Assembly: GCA_030390025.1 (NCBI GenBank)
Contig: CM059433.1
Coordinates: forward strand, 14,820,001 to 14,884,000
DNA length: 64,000 nucleotides
Direction: 5' to 3'
DNA from: Squalus acanthias
Lineage: Eukaryota
Shown: positions 23,820-36,864 of the stretch, in pieces
How the letters are laid out: the number at the start of each line of letters is the position of its first letter
How positions within the stretch are numbered: the stretch's first letter is position 1
Translations under genes and position numbers: made by a program
Notes under the pieces: model-generated
Seen by the model: the letters and a program-made list of their open reading frames with translations, nothing else
What the model was told of the DNA's origin: nothing
The model's database searches: none

Positions 23820-26800
23820 TAGTGCCTCGCGTTACTGTGCCTTTGCCTACTCGAGGGCTCCTATGAAGTGTTGGCCCAGTGGCTGCAGCAGGGCTGGTGG
23901 AAGGCTGCTGAGTGTCCGTGCGGGAGACTTCAGATGGCCTTGCAGGATGCCCTCGACCAACTCTGGGTCTGGAAGGCCCGGCTGTAGACTGCACCACCTC
24001 AGCATGGACTGCAGCAGTCTGGGCTGGCTGGATGACAGGCAGCGACAAGAGCAATGGTGGACTGGCTGTGGTGGGAACAGGAATGTCATCCTGAGAGAGG
24101 ACAGCAGGTTTTTTTTAATTTAATTATGGGATGTGGGCATCGCTGGCAAGGCCAGCATTTATTGCCCATCCCTAATTGCCCTTGAGAAGGTGGTGGTGAG
24201 CCGCCTTCTTGAACCGTTGCAGTCCGTGTGGTGAGGGTACTCCCACAGTGCTGTTAGGGAGGGAGTTCCAGGATTTTGACCCAGCGACGATGAAGGATCG
24301 GCAATATATTTCCAAGTCAGGATGGTGTGTGACTTAGAGGCGAACATGTAGGTGGTAGTGTTCCCATGCGCCTGCTGCCCTTGTCCTTCTAGGCGGAAGA
24401 AGTCGTGGGTTTGGGAGGTGCTGCTGAAGAAGCCTTGGCGAGTTGCTGCAGTGCATCTTGTAGATGGTGCGCACTGCAGCCATGGTGCGCTGGTGGTGGA
24501 GGGAGTGAATGTTTAAGGTGGTGGATGGGGTGCCAATCAAGCGGGCTGCTTTGTCCTGGATGGTGTCGAGCTTCTTGAGTGTTGTTGGAGCTGCACTCAT
24601 CCAGGCAAGTGGAGAGTATTCCATCACACTCCTTACTTGTGCCTTGTAGATGGTGGAAAGGCTTTGGGGAGTCAGAAGGTGAGACACTCGCCGCAGAATA
24701 CCCAGCCTCTGAACTGCTCTTGTTGCCACAGTATTTATGTGGCTGGTCCAGTTAAGTTTCTAGTTAATGGTGACCCCCAGGATGTTGATGGTGAGGGATT
24801 TGGCAATGGTAATGCCATTGAATATCAAGGGGCGGTGGTTAGACTCTCGCACGTTGGAGATAGTCATTGCCTGGCACTTGTGTGGCACAAAAGTTACCTG
24901 CCACATATCAGCCCAAGCATGAACATCGTCCAGGTTTTGCTTCATTATCTGAGGAGTTGTGAATGGCACTGAACACTGTGCAGTCATCAGCGAACATCCC
25001 CATATCTGACCTTATGTTGGAGGGAAGGTCATTGATGAAGCAACTGAAGATGGTTGGGCCGAGGACACTGCCCTGAGGAACTCCTGCAGCAATGTCCTGG
25101 GGCTGTGATGATTGACCTTCAATCACCACAACCATCTTCTTTTGTGCTAGGTATGACTCTAGCCAGTGGAGAGATTTCCTCCCGATTCCCATTGACTTCA
25201 GTTTTACTGGGGCTCCTTGATGCTACGCTCGGTCAAATGCTGCCTTGATGTCTAGGGCAGCCACTCTCACCTCACCTCTGGAATTCAGCTCCTTTGTCCA
25301 TGTTTGGACCAAGGCTGTAATGAGGTCTGGAGCCGAGTGGTCTTGGCGGAACCCAAACTGGGCATCAGTGAGCAGGTTATTCGTGAGTAAGTGTCGCTTG
25401 ATAGCACTGTCGATGACACCTTCCATCACTTTGCTGGTGATTGAGAGTAGACTGATGGGGCGTTAATTGGCCGGTTTGGATTTGTCCAGCATTTTGTGGA
25501 CAGGACATACCTGGGCAGTTTTCCACATTATCGGATAGATGCCAGTGTTGTAGCTGTACTGGAGCAGCTTGGCTAGAGGCGTGGCTAGTTCTGGAACACA
25601 AGTCTTCAGCACGATAGGGGCCCATAGCTTTTGCTGTATCCAGTGCGCTCAGCCGTTTCTTGATATCACGTGGTGTGATTCGAATTGGCTGAAGACTGGC
25701 TTCTGTGATGGTGGGGACCTCGGGAGTAGGCCGATATGGATCATCCACTCGGCACTTCTGGCTGAAGATGGTTGCAAACGCTTCAGCCTTGTCTTTTGCT
25801 GGGCTCCACTAACCCACTGCCACACCCCCGGGGCAGCAACTCAGCATCCCTAGCAATCTGTTGGAGTACAGATTGCTGGCCTGCTGCGACACTGTGAAAG
25901 ATCCAGCCACGATAGCAGCAGTCAGAGCTTGTGTGGCATCAAGCTTCGACTGCATGAGAGCAGTCTGAGATTGGATGCCACCAAGCATAGACTGCATTAC
26001 AGCACTAAGACGTTGCGTCACTTCCGCCTGTGCTGCAATGGAAGCTGCCAGATCGCCCATCACACGCGTCATCAGATCTGGGTCACCACGGTCTCTCTGG
26101 AGTCTACCATCATTTTGCAGACTGGAAATGATGGCTCCATGGTGTGCGCTGAGCCTTGTGCAATGTTGGAGGTGGACTCCTCCATGCTCCTTATTATTGC
26201 CGAGAGGCTCTCGGGCACCCTTGCCATTGCACCTATCATCTCCGTGTGCTTACCCATCACCCTTCTTCTAAAGGCCTCCCCATCGAGGTCCTCATCTGAG
26301 GCATGTGCAGCAGAACTCGTGTGTGAACTTGCCCTCCGGGGAGCTGGACCCCCAGCTACCCTTTCCCACTGGCCTTGCTGCAGCCCACTCGTCCCCGGTG
26401 CCTCATCCCGTGCAGATTTCCCGACTATATTAGCCTCTAAAGAACGCGTAGTGCCAGTATCTGAGCTGGTGCCTGCGGGTAAGAGATGCAGTGATGCGGT
26501 GTGTTCTTCCTTCTCCTCTTCTCCCGCTCGCTCTCAACGGTGCCCTCAGGGACAGGCTGCTCAGGTGCTTGCTCATTATCTGAAAGCATAAAGGCACAAG
26601 ATTCAGGTTAAGGTGAGGGGAGGGGGACAGGAAGGGAGAAATGCATGCATACAGCGCGATGAGCTGGAAAGTACGAACCACTTGTGGGGTGAGTGGGAAG
26701 TGGGATGTCAGAAGAAGGAGTAGGGATGAACATACCGTTGTTGTCCCCAAGGGGGTAAACGTCGTCGGTGGCCACGGCACCCACCATCTGATTCCCAATA

Positions 26801-27330
26801 GTCTGCAGCACTCTATTCTCCAGCGAAGACAGTGGTTGGGTGTCAGCTTGTCCCCAACCTGTGCACTCCTGCTCCCTCCTGTTGTGAGCCACCTTGGCCT
26901 GCAAGAGAAAGGAAATTGTGTGAGTGAGTGTGGAGCAATGTGTTTGGGAGATGTGCCTGCCATAGTTGAATAGCTGTCATTGTGTGCAAGGTGTGAGATG
27001 TGGGTGTGAGTGTTGGGAGGTAGAGATTGTTGGTTGGTGAGTGTTGGGGGTGTGGTGGTTTGGGCAGTATGTAAAGAGTGTGGTTCAGATGATTGTATGT
27101 AGCATTTGTTGAAGCATTCACTTAAATTTCTTCCTGCACTGTGTGTGGGTCCTGGGGACCAAAGTGCTGCCTGAGATGTACTGCGTTACCTCCCTTCACA
27201 TGGTGTGGAAGACTTGCGGCGAGGGTCTCCTGCCACTTGCCGGAAGAGCACCGCCCTCTGCCTCTCCACAGTGAACACCAACGCCTGCAATGCTTGATTG
27301 CAGAATCTGTGGGCTCTCTCCCTGGAGCAT
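23820..27330 (-). pseudogene. Harbinger Myb/SANT-like partner gene, 3 exons, disrupted and split by a LINE
   Basis: MADPCSRERAHRFCNQALQALV; QAKVAHNRREQECTG after a gcag acceptor; C-terminal QQPSTSPAAAT. Confidence 0.7.
24109..25808 (-). mobile_element. 5'-truncated copy of the tRNA-headed LINE family
   Basis: QFGFRQDHSAPD, LDIKAAFD, GVPQGSVLGP, FADDC; 3' end gggcaattagggatgggcaataaatgctggcc as in 39887-43057. Confidence 0.9.
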
Positions 27331-27526
27331 GGATCTGCCATGAGTACAGCTGCTTCAGTCCTCCGGCTCCTTCTCCTTGTCCTGCTGCTGCTTGCTGAGG
27401 CAGCTGCACAGCCAACAATGCTGAGAATGAGGTTCTGCAGCATCAATGAACCTCCCCCTTTAAGTACTGAAAAAAGCCTGTGGCAATCATGATTTGCGAT
27501 TAGACTGCACCTGATATTGGTCCTGA

Positions 27527-27586
27527 TGGGCAATAAATGCTGGCCTTGCCAGCGACGCCCACATCCCATGAACGAATAAAAAAATA
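27527..27586 (+). mobile_element. 3' tail of the tRNA-headed LINE family
   Basis: gatgggcaataaatgctggccttgccagcgacgcccacatcccatgaacgaataaaaa. Confidence 0.75.
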
Positions 27587-29439
27587 ACCCTTTGAGTGTA
27601 ACGCCAATGAGCTTGGGCTTTAAGACTTGAATTAGGACTCAAATAATTTCTTTGAGCAGTGAGCATGAATTTTGCATGCAGTCTAAAGCATTAGCGCCTG
27701 GCGCTAATTCTCCAACTTTTCTCATGGCACCGCCCATTCCTGGGCTATAATAAATTTCTAGCCCTTTCTGTTTTTTATTTCAGATTTCCAGCATCCAGAG
27801 TATTTCGCTTTTGTTTTAGAAGAAAGATTGCTTTTGTGGGATTAGTGGGATAAAATGTTAGTTCCATTCACATGGACAGAAGGTAGTTATTAATGGTAGA
27901 CCAGTCACTGGTGAGTTCCCGCAGGGATTGGTGTTAGAAACTTTGATCGTCAGCATTTTTATTAAGGTTGTAGATGAAGGGATCGGTGGAACGATTTGCA
28001 GCTCTGTGGATGATAGGAAGATATATGCAGGAGTGAAAACCTTAGATGAGGAAAAATAAGTTGCTGCTTGATTTGGACATAATGGGGGAATGGACCCATG
28101 TCTGGCAGATGTCTTTTAATACAGGCAAGTGCAGCATGATGCATTGGGGCAGGGACAATTCCAAACTCATATACACCATGCAGGGTTGTGCCCTTAAGGT
28201 AGCTGAGTGGGAAAAGACCCTGGAGGGGTTATAGTTCATGAGTCAGTGAAGGTCCATAACCAGTGTTGCAAGGCTGCTGCAAAAGCGAATAGGCTACTAA
28301 GATCCACAGACAATATGGTCCATACCTTGTACAAGATGTTGGTCCAGCCACATCTTGAACACTGTGTCCAGTTTTGGTCCAGGTGGAGGATATCTAGGCA
28401 CTGGAAAAGTTTCAGAGGTGGACCTTTGTATTGATACTAGTTCAAAGGCCCTTAGTTATCAGTATATTCTTCGAGAGCTGGGATTGTTACCCTGGAAAAC
28501 TGTAGACTTTGAAGGGCTATGATTGAAGTCTTTAAAATTATGAAGGGATTAGATTCTGTCCACGTGATAGGCAGGGGGGAACTAGTGGCTATCAGTACAA
28601 ATAGCCTAAGCAGAGTTCTTAGTTAGATGGCAGGTAATTCCTTCTTTTTCAGAGAGTCAACGATCTCTGGAACAAGTTGCCAGTATGCGCGGCGAGTGCA
28701 GGATTTGCTGCAAGTGTTCAAAAGGGAGCTGGCCATGTTTCTCAGAGTGGAAGACATCTCATGTTATGGAAGGCAGGCTGGTTGATGGGAATTGTGGTGT
28801 CAGTCTATGGAGGCTCCTGGAGCTTGGTTTTGATTGCTCGATGGTTGGAGAGGAATTTTTTTGGCAAAGGTTTTTTCACTTCTTCCAGGTGATTGCATGT
28901 CCGCTGGGTTGGAGAATGGGTGGGGGTGGGTTAGATTTATGGTATGAGTAGGTTGTACCATGTGGGATGGGACAGGCTTGATGGATCAGTTGGTCTTTTC
29001 CTGTCCTTTTCGTGTTGGTGGGCGTGTGCGGGCAGAGTGTCCAACCATTGTTAGAGAGCAGTGTTGTAGAACAAGATTAATTTTTGTGCTTGGATTTGTG
29101 TTGAATAATTTTTTTTAAAAAGCAGTTAAGCACTTCCCGGGTTAGATTTCCCGCATGTGGAGTCTGCTGGCCCGCCGCCCGATAGTGCCGGCCAAGGGAA
29201 CAGTCCTCGGTACTCAGGTAAGTCATGGGAGGGGAGGTGGGATTCGGGAAAGCTTCACGATCAGACGGAGGGGAGTGAAGCCCGGGGCAGAGAAAGCACG
29301 TCCTGACCCCACCAGGAAAGTGAAAAAAAAAAGGACAACCACTTACCTTTTCTGGCCCCGATTCCTCTTCCCACTTGGCCAGCCTGGGGGGGAAAGCCAT
29401 AACGGTTTTCCCGCACTGGCTTCTCGTTAAAATAGCAGA

Positions 29440-29856
29440 TGTCAGCCGTGGCTCAGTTGGTAGCACACTCGCCTCTGAGTCAGAAGGTTGTGGGTTCACA
29501 GTCCCACTCCAGGGACTTGAGCACATAAAGCTAGGCTGACACTCCAGTGTAGTGCTGAGGGAGTGCTGCACTGTCGGAGGTGCTGTCTATTGGATGAGAC
29601 ATTAAACTGAGGCCCAGTCTGCTCTCTCAGGTGGACGTAAAAGATCCCATGGCACTATTTCGAAGAAGAGCAGGGGAGTTATCCCCGGTGTCCTGGCCAA
29701 TAGTTCTCCCTCAACCAACTGTGTGCAAGTTGGCTGCCGCGTTTCCATTACAACAGTGATTCCACTTAAAAAGTATTTCATTGGCTGTAAAGTGATTTGA
29801 GACGTCCGGTGGCCGTGAAAGGCGCTATATAAATGCAAGCCTTTCTTTCTTCTTTC
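29440..29856 (+). mobile_element. Deu-domain tRNA SINE with internal deletion
   Basis: Full head and tail; lacks the tctggtcattatc segment. Confidence 0.85.
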
Positions 29857-30847
29857 TATGTCATCAGAGCCCAATCTGCATATTTGAAGAAGGACCCAGC
29901 CAGTTTCCGGTGGGTGTCCCTCTCACCTACTCAGAAGAGCTTAAATCAGCGGGTCCTCGACAGGGAGGTACCACGGGCGAGTTTAACTGCCTGTCCGCAC
30001 AGCTGCCACCAGGCAGAGTTAAAATTGCCCCTATAACGTCGGCCACAACATCGCCGGGAACAGGGTGGTAAGTCACACCCCACCATTTCCGGGGCGCTCC
30101 CACCTTGTCCCCATGTCTTAGCTTCAACAGCAGTAGATTTGGCAGTGGCTGCCACCCAGAATAAAGTTCCTGGCCTTCCGTCTCATTGCATCCATTAAGC
30201 ATGGTATCACGAGGCACCAAATAACCACTTCTTGCTCTACAGCATAAATGCTTAGCATGAAGATAGTATCCAAATCATTTTAGTTGAAAATTTTGTGTTT
30301 GAATATTGTTGCAAGGCTTTTTTTTAACTTTAGGCCTAAAATTAAATTAGAAATAAGTTGTATTAGATATCTCGCTAGCAAGTTATTTCCTTATCACCAA
30401 TTAGTAATGGTATGAATATTAAAACACTATAAATACTATATCATAGTAGTATTGATTCAGCTCCTAAATGTATTTTAAAACACCAACAATCGTGATTTGT
30501 GATGAATTATTTTGAAAGCTTATGATCGTTTGTGCCAAAATATGTGAAGGAATGGTTTCATGCTAAATGTTTACTTCCTTCATTGTATAATTAATTATTA
30601 ATAGAAAATACTGTCCACTTTTAATCAACCAAAAAAGTCAGTATCTCACTTATGCATAGCAATCCAAAAATGTATTTATTTTAAAGGCGGCGGAACTATG
30701 TTATGTAATATATGTTTGAGCGCTTAACACATTTGTATGAAAACGGAGGCACTAACTGCTCAATATAAACCTTCATTAAAATAGTGAACATAAAAATGCG
30801 CTAAACATTTGTTCACTAATAATACACAGCGTCATTGTAAAGTCATT

Positions 30848-30973
30848 GGCCCTGGATTTGCAGTCAGCAGCAAAGCGAAGGCCCAGAAGTATGTTTCGCA
30901 CAGGGATCTCGCAATCCAAACGCGATATGATGGCGTACTCTAACGCCGTCTTACCGACCGCAAATTCAGGGCC
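30848..30973. mobile_element. 126-bp Harbinger-like MITE
   Basis: ggccctggatttgc ... gcaaattcagggcc, TSD ATT. Confidence 0.75.
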
Positions 30974-31090
30974 ATTGATTAACTTAGTTCTTTGAATACC
31001 GTAGCCACGAACAGTTACTACTTCAATGACTGAAGAACCAGAATAAATGCTGGTCAATCTATTGACTTCACAAGAAATTAAGAATATATA

Positions 31091-31854
31091 GGGCTAGAAA
31101 TTGCGGAGCGCCCCGTTTGGGGCGATAACTTTTGCGGGAGTGCGAAGGTATCACCGGGCGCTACGCAATTGATTCCGACGGGAACTTCCGGTTTAGTGCT
31201 CCAAGAGGGAAGTGGATCACTAAATCAAGCACTGAACCACTTCCCTTAGAGCGCTAAAGGGAGCGAGAGGGGTGGTAGCGGCAGAGCGCTGCAAAATATT
31301 CCGTGCAACGCTGCCGGTTTTACAGGCTCCTTCCCTCCCTTAAAGGGAAGGGTCAATGCCGCGGTCTTTGAAGGCTGAGGCTGGGAATGGTCGTCGACGG
31401 CACCTGCGATACGCGCATAGCAACCCTAAGCATTGTAAGAGAGTGCAGGGCTGACCAATCGCGGGCTGGAAAAAAAAATCTAAACACAGCACACTGGGGA
31501 CATTATTAAATTTTGGCCTACCTGACCACCACTGCCTTTAATTAGTGCTCCCCAAGTGACCGGCCGAGGTGACAACGCCTCCTGCAGCTGCCGTTGTTGA
31601 CGCCCGGCGATGCTGCAGGGGGCGGAAGCGAATTTTACATCCGGGGCGATAGCGGGGCGCTGCGCACCGGATGATGTCACAATCTCCGGGGCGCAGGAGA
31701 TCGAGGCGGTAAGTTTTAGCGCCAGCGCTAACCCGCCATGGAAGTTCGCAGGCGTCAGCAAAATCACCGACGCCCGGTCGATAAGCCCTTAGCGCCCCGT
31801 TATCACCCCCCGGAGGCGCTAACAGGAGGCGCAAAGGAGGCCAATTTCTCCCCC
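31091..31854. mobile_element. Harbinger MITE
   Basis: gggctagaaatt ... aatttctccccc, TSD ATA; inverted relative at 58458-59214. Confidence 0.85.
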
Positions 31855-32529
31855 ATAATATTTAAAATAAGACAAATTACTACTGTTAGTTGATATCCTA
31901 TTAAGATTCTATATAGCTGTACGGAAAGAACAGGTCATTGCATCGTGAACCCAATTATTCTGTGTCTTGCAAAGCCTTAGCAGATTCGACCAGTTCTGCT
32001 CTTTGAATGGTACTACATAAAGATGAAAATACCCTGTTACACACACAAACTGCCAGCTAATCTAAATTGTAAATGTTAAATTAAAATTCTCACTTAAGTC
32101 TTGGCTTAAGACTGGGGAAGATCACCTTGCACATCACACACCCTGACTAAGCATGTTTGAAAAGAGCATAACGTCTGATAAAATAAGAAGGTTTCTTCTT
32201 CTTACCCGTTTGATAATCAAAAACAAAACAATCAGTCTGTAAGTACGACCCTTGATATTGGCAAAGTATTGGATCCACATTCATTGCAGGTTAGCTTTAG
32301 TCCGCACTTCACACCATGGCCAACCACTGTGCAAAAAGCAACAAACCTCTCTCAAACAATATTACGCATCCTTTAAGCCTTGAATCACAGTGGGCACACT
32401 CCTCAATGGCAATATTATTCAGTTATTTCTAAGTAAAACAAAATAGAATGTTGAAATCTGGGTCAGCTTTGGAACTAAATAATCACTTCCCTATCATAAA
32501 CAATACAACTTTATATTATCTTACATATT

Positions 32530-34311
32530 GGCCCGTATTTTCCGATGCCTACGGTTGTGTACGAGGTGTGTACACACCCGTAGGGACATCGGAAATGCCA
32601 GTTTCAGGCATGCGATGCGCATGCGCTGAAAACCGGCATTTCTGATCTGTCCATCCTCTTGACAGATCGGCCGCCTACCCTAGAGGCATAGCCATAGAGT
32701 TATACAGCACAGAAAGAGGCCCTTCGGCCCATCGTGTCCGCGCCGGCCATCAAGCCCTGTCTATTCTAATCCCATTTTCCAGCACTTGGTCCGTAGCCTT
32801 TTATGCTATGGTGTTTCAAGTGCTCATCTAAATGCTTCTTGAATGTTGTGAGGGTTCCTGCCTCTACAACCCTTTCAGGCAGTGAGTTCCAGATTCCAAT
32901 TTTGGGTGAAAAAGTTTTTCCTCAAATCCCCTCTAAACCTCCTGCCCCTTACCTTGAAACTATGCCCCGTGGTTATTGACCCCTCTACTAAGGGGAAAAG
33001 TTCCTTTCTATCTACCCTATCTATGCCCCTCATAATTTTGTACACCTCAATCAGGTCCCCCCTCAGCCTTCTCTGCTCTAAGGAAAACAACTCCAGCCTG
33101 TCCAGTCTCTCTTCATAGCTGAAGCGCTCCAGCCCAGGTAACATCCTGGTGAATCTCCTCTGCACCCTCTCCAATGCAATCACATCCTTCCTATAGTGTG
33201 GCGACCAGAACTGCACACAGTATTCCAGCTGTGGCCTAACTAGCGTTTTATACAGCTCCATCATAACCTCCCTGTTCTTATATTCTATGCCTCGGCTAAT
33301 GAAGGCAAGTATCCCATATGCCTTTTTAACCACCTTATCTACCTGTCCTGCTGCCTTCAGGGATCTATGTACATGCACACCAAGGTCCCTCTGATCATTG
33401 TGTATTTCCTTGCCTTGTTAGTCCTCCCAAAATGCATCACCTCACACTTTTCAGGGTTAAATTCCATTTGCCACTGTTCTGCCCATCTAACCAACCTGTC
33501 TATATCGTCCTGTAGCCTGAGGCTTCCCTCCTCGCTATTTACCACTCCACCAATTTTCGTGTCATCTGCGAACTTACTGATCATACCTCCTACATTCATA
33601 TCTAAATCATTAATGTACACTACAAACAGCAAAGGACCCAGCACCGATCCCTGCGGTATACCACTGGACACAGGCTTCCAGTCACAAAAACAACCTTCGA
33701 CCATCACCCTCTGCTCCTGCCACTAAGCCAATTTTGGATCCTGGAGAAGGGCCTCTGCGGGGGGAGAGTTCCGCTTTCTGTGGAACCTCCGCCCGCTAAA
33801 ACCCTTCGAAATCTTACGCCTGGTAAAAGCAGTAAGGCGTAAGGCCTGCTTTTACCAGCATAAGAGTTTAAAATAGTAAAAAAAAAAATTTAAAAATACT
33901 TTTAAAAAAAGGTAAGTTTATTTTTAGCCCCGTAAAAAACTTCAATATTTTTTTCAAAAAATTAAATTTTTGTTTAAACTCATTTTAAAAACGTGATGGT
34001 TTTTTAAAAATGTATTTAATGTTTTGATGTGTTTTTGGGGTGATCTCCATTCATACTTTTGACAGGTCTATCTGTCAAAAGTACGAAGGGGGATTCCCTT
34101 TAATCTCATTGGCTCACCTGGCCCACGTGATCCCAGGGACACTTGTGAACCGCCTGCGCCCCTGGGATACCTGGGCCCTGCGCATTTCGACTTTGGAGAG
34201 GCCCAGGGTCGGAAATGGCCGCACCTCGGGAGCCCTCAGGCAAGTTCGTAGATTTTTTTCCCGATAGGAGGCCTCCGCACGCAGGAAGCCTCCTATCGGA
34301 AATTACGGGCC
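32530..34311. mobile_element. Harbinger-like MITE containing a CR1
   Basis: ggcccgtattttccgat ... atcggaaattacgggcc, TSD ATT. Confidence 0.8.
32687..33742 (-). mobile_element. Young CR1 3' part
   Basis: GIPQGSVLGPLLF, KFADDTK; near-identical to 37163-38245. Confidence 0.92.
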
Positions 34312-34974
34312 ATTATGTCAGTTTTGTCCCAACAGCTTGATATAAATGAAAGGCTTACATGGGCATCTTTGTTGCACCATTCTAATCGAGCACAATAAAA
34401 AATAACGACACGTTGAAAAATAATAAACATAAAAGATCAGGATTATTTTACCAGCAGGCAAGGCTTCTCTTCCAAAAATATTGAAATCTGGACAGTAGAA
34501 GATATCTTTGAATGTTTAAAGACTTATGTACTGTGGAACCATTCATCTCTGTTCTACAATATCAGAAATTCAGCCGATGAGACACATCTTTAAGTTCCTC
34601 GAGGAGGAGCCACATTTGGAAATCGCCTGTGGAACAATGCTACCAACTCCCAGAAATCTGCAAAGCAAAGGTTTATGAATGCAATAACATAAATGTCATT
34701 CAAAACATACTGAGTAAGATTATTCATACTGGAAGAAGGCATCAAAACCTTAGGATATTCGGGAGACTGAGGAGATTCAACACATAGAGGCAGATATTCG
34801 AAATAGAGCGTTGCAGTGCAATCTTATTAGACAGTCCTACCCACTTATGTCGACATGTTGGGGAGAGTTCTATTTTGTCAATAGATTATTGAAATAAGCA
34901 GACACGACATATGTTTGGACATTTGGACATTTTGTAAACGAAAATTATTTATATACAAGAAATAATATGTTATA

Positions 34975-35438
34975 AAGAAAAACTTGCATTTCTATAGCAC
35001 CTTTCACGACCACCGGACGTCTCAAAGCGCTTTACAGCCAATGAAGTACTTTTGAAGTGGAGTCACTGTTGTAACCTGGGAAACGCGACAGCCAATTTGC
35101 GCACAGCAAGGCCCCACAAACAGCAATGTGATAATGACCAGATAATCTGTTTTTGTTATGTTGGTTGAGGGAGAAATATTGGCTAGGACACCAGGGATAA
35201 CTCCCCTGTCTTCTTCGAAATAGTGCCATGGGATCTTTTACGTCCACCTGAGAGAGTCAGACGGGGCCTCGGTTTAATGTCTCATCCGAAAGACGGCACC
35301 TCCGACAGTGCAGCACTTCCTCAGCACTGCACTGGAGTGTCAGCCTAGCTTTATGTGCTCAAGTCCCTGGAGTGGGACTTGAACCCACAACCTTCTGACT
35401 CAGAGGCGAGTGTGCTACCCACTGAGCCACAGCTGACA
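34975..35438 (-). mobile_element. Deu-domain tRNA SINE, full length
   Basis: Reverse complement of the 29440/13787 family. Confidence 0.88.
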
Positions 35439-35491
35439 CACTAATAATATAATATAATACATGAACATAAAAATAACATCACTAACACAGT

Positions 35492-36286
35492 GGGCTGAAT
35501 TTTCCCGGGTCCCACCCACACGGTGCGAGGGCACCAGGGAGACGACGGGAAACCCGGAAGTTCGGGTTTTAACTCCATAGCGTGCGTGCGATGTAAAGAG
35601 CGGGTTCTCCGCCCAGAAGTCAGCCTGAGTGACAGGCTGGTTTCCAGTTGTGCGGAGAACATGGAGAAGGAGGCTGCAGCAACAGGCAAATGCTGGGCCC
35701 AGGATGGTGGGGGGGGGGGCGCGATCCCTCGGCGGGCGGGGTCCAAATCCCCTGGGGGTGGGGAAGTGTTCCAGGCCCAGGGGGGCCCGATCCCTGTCCC
35801 TGGGGTGGGGGGGAGTTGCAATCCTGGGGGGTGCGAGATCTGATCCCCGACCCCAAGACCAAGTCACGATCCCGGGGGTGGGGGTGTGTCCAATCCCCGA
35901 CCCCAGGGAGGGCCAGGCTGATGGTGGGGGAGCTTGGGAGGCCGGGAGGAAGTACTCCTGCTCCTCCTGGCCCACAATCATTGCTCCCCGAGGCTGAGGC
36001 CGCCTCATTGCAGCCACCGGGAATCCCGAGCTCTGGGATCCCCGGCCGCCTGGAGTAAAACCTGCAAAGCAGGTTAAAGTAGAGGCTTCAGGCCTCATTA
36101 TCATATTTAAATTGCCAACCCACCTCCTGGCAGCGGTTTGGCAGCCCATTCCCCGTCCCGCCTGAGTGAAAGGTGAAGGTGGGTGGGTTGGAGGCGGGTT
36201 GGGGGGTCAGGGTTCACTTTTTTTCAACTTTCACTTCCCCCTCCACGCCTCCAACCCACCCGCACTTACTTCAAAAAATTCCGGCC
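35492..36286. mobile_element. Harbinger-like MITE with G-rich core
   Basis: gggctgaattttcc ... aaaattccggcc, TSD AGT. Confidence 0.75.
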
Positions 36287-36864
36287 AGTATTTCTGAATT
36301 TTAAGTTTCTGCACATGTATTCTCCTTAACTTATTCATTAAAAAATATTTAAGAGTAGACTACTTCAAACACGACCGGTCTTTTTGGATTGTGCTTGTAG
36401 TTTAACAAATACTTCTTCCATTTATTTCGATGGCTCCGATTGAAAAATAAATATCTACAATCTAAATGTCTCTTACGCATATAAACTAACTAGAAACCAT
36501 CGAATAGTTAAGTTAGAACCTCCCCAGAATGCAGAAGGGTATAGCTAAGTAAACTGATGCAACAAGTTGCCTATATAGCAGTCTGGTTAAGTCCTTGAGC
36601 AATTAAGATAAGGGGCAGAAGAATGTGAAAAAACAACACCACGTAACAAAAGGCACATGTGACAAGAAGGCTGTAAGAATCCGAGTTTAAACAACTTGTG
36701 TTAGAGAGACCAGGATGGAAGACCATCCGAGGCTTACGACCACAAAGCAGTTATCGACTAATAATATTTTCTGACCAGGTGTCGTCACCTTCTGATCAAG
36801 TTTTTGCATCCATCTTGTGAAAATGTAGTAGGGTAGTAGGGATAAACCAGGGAATTACAGGCCA

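Larger units (their letters stand above)
21949..27764 (+). mobile_element. Full-length decayed PIF/Harbinger transposon (transposase +, Myb/SANT partner -)
   Basis: gggggaaaaatt / aatttctagccc termini with TTT TSD; convergent gene remnants. Confidence 0.88.
21879..27819 (+). mobile_element. Penelope-like pLTR fragment (21879-21948 and 27765-27819) split by a Harbinger
   Basis: cacagatgctgcctgactggctgagtgtttccaacattt|ctgttttttatttcagatttccagcatc joins across the Harbinger; 12-bp TSD. Confidence 0.6.
21780..29010 (+). mobile_element. Old CR1 (pieces 21780-21878 and 27820-29010) split by nested insertions
   Basis: RT-like YIDFQNVFHKV piece resumes after 27820 (WQMSFNTGKCSMMHWG, LYKMLVQPHLEHCVQFWS); aagaaagattgc duplicated at 21867-21878 and 27820-27831. 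Confidence 0.7.

Noticed and set aside
30776..31057. ORF MTSIYSGSSVIEVVTVRGYG...
   Set aside because: Runs through a MITE, has weak splice signals and no recognised homology
34450..34657. Minus-strand exon-like segment (ttgctttgcag acceptor, gtaaaa donor)
   Set aside because: All three frames contain stops and the short ATG peptide resembles nothing I recognise; at most a UTR or lncRNA exon
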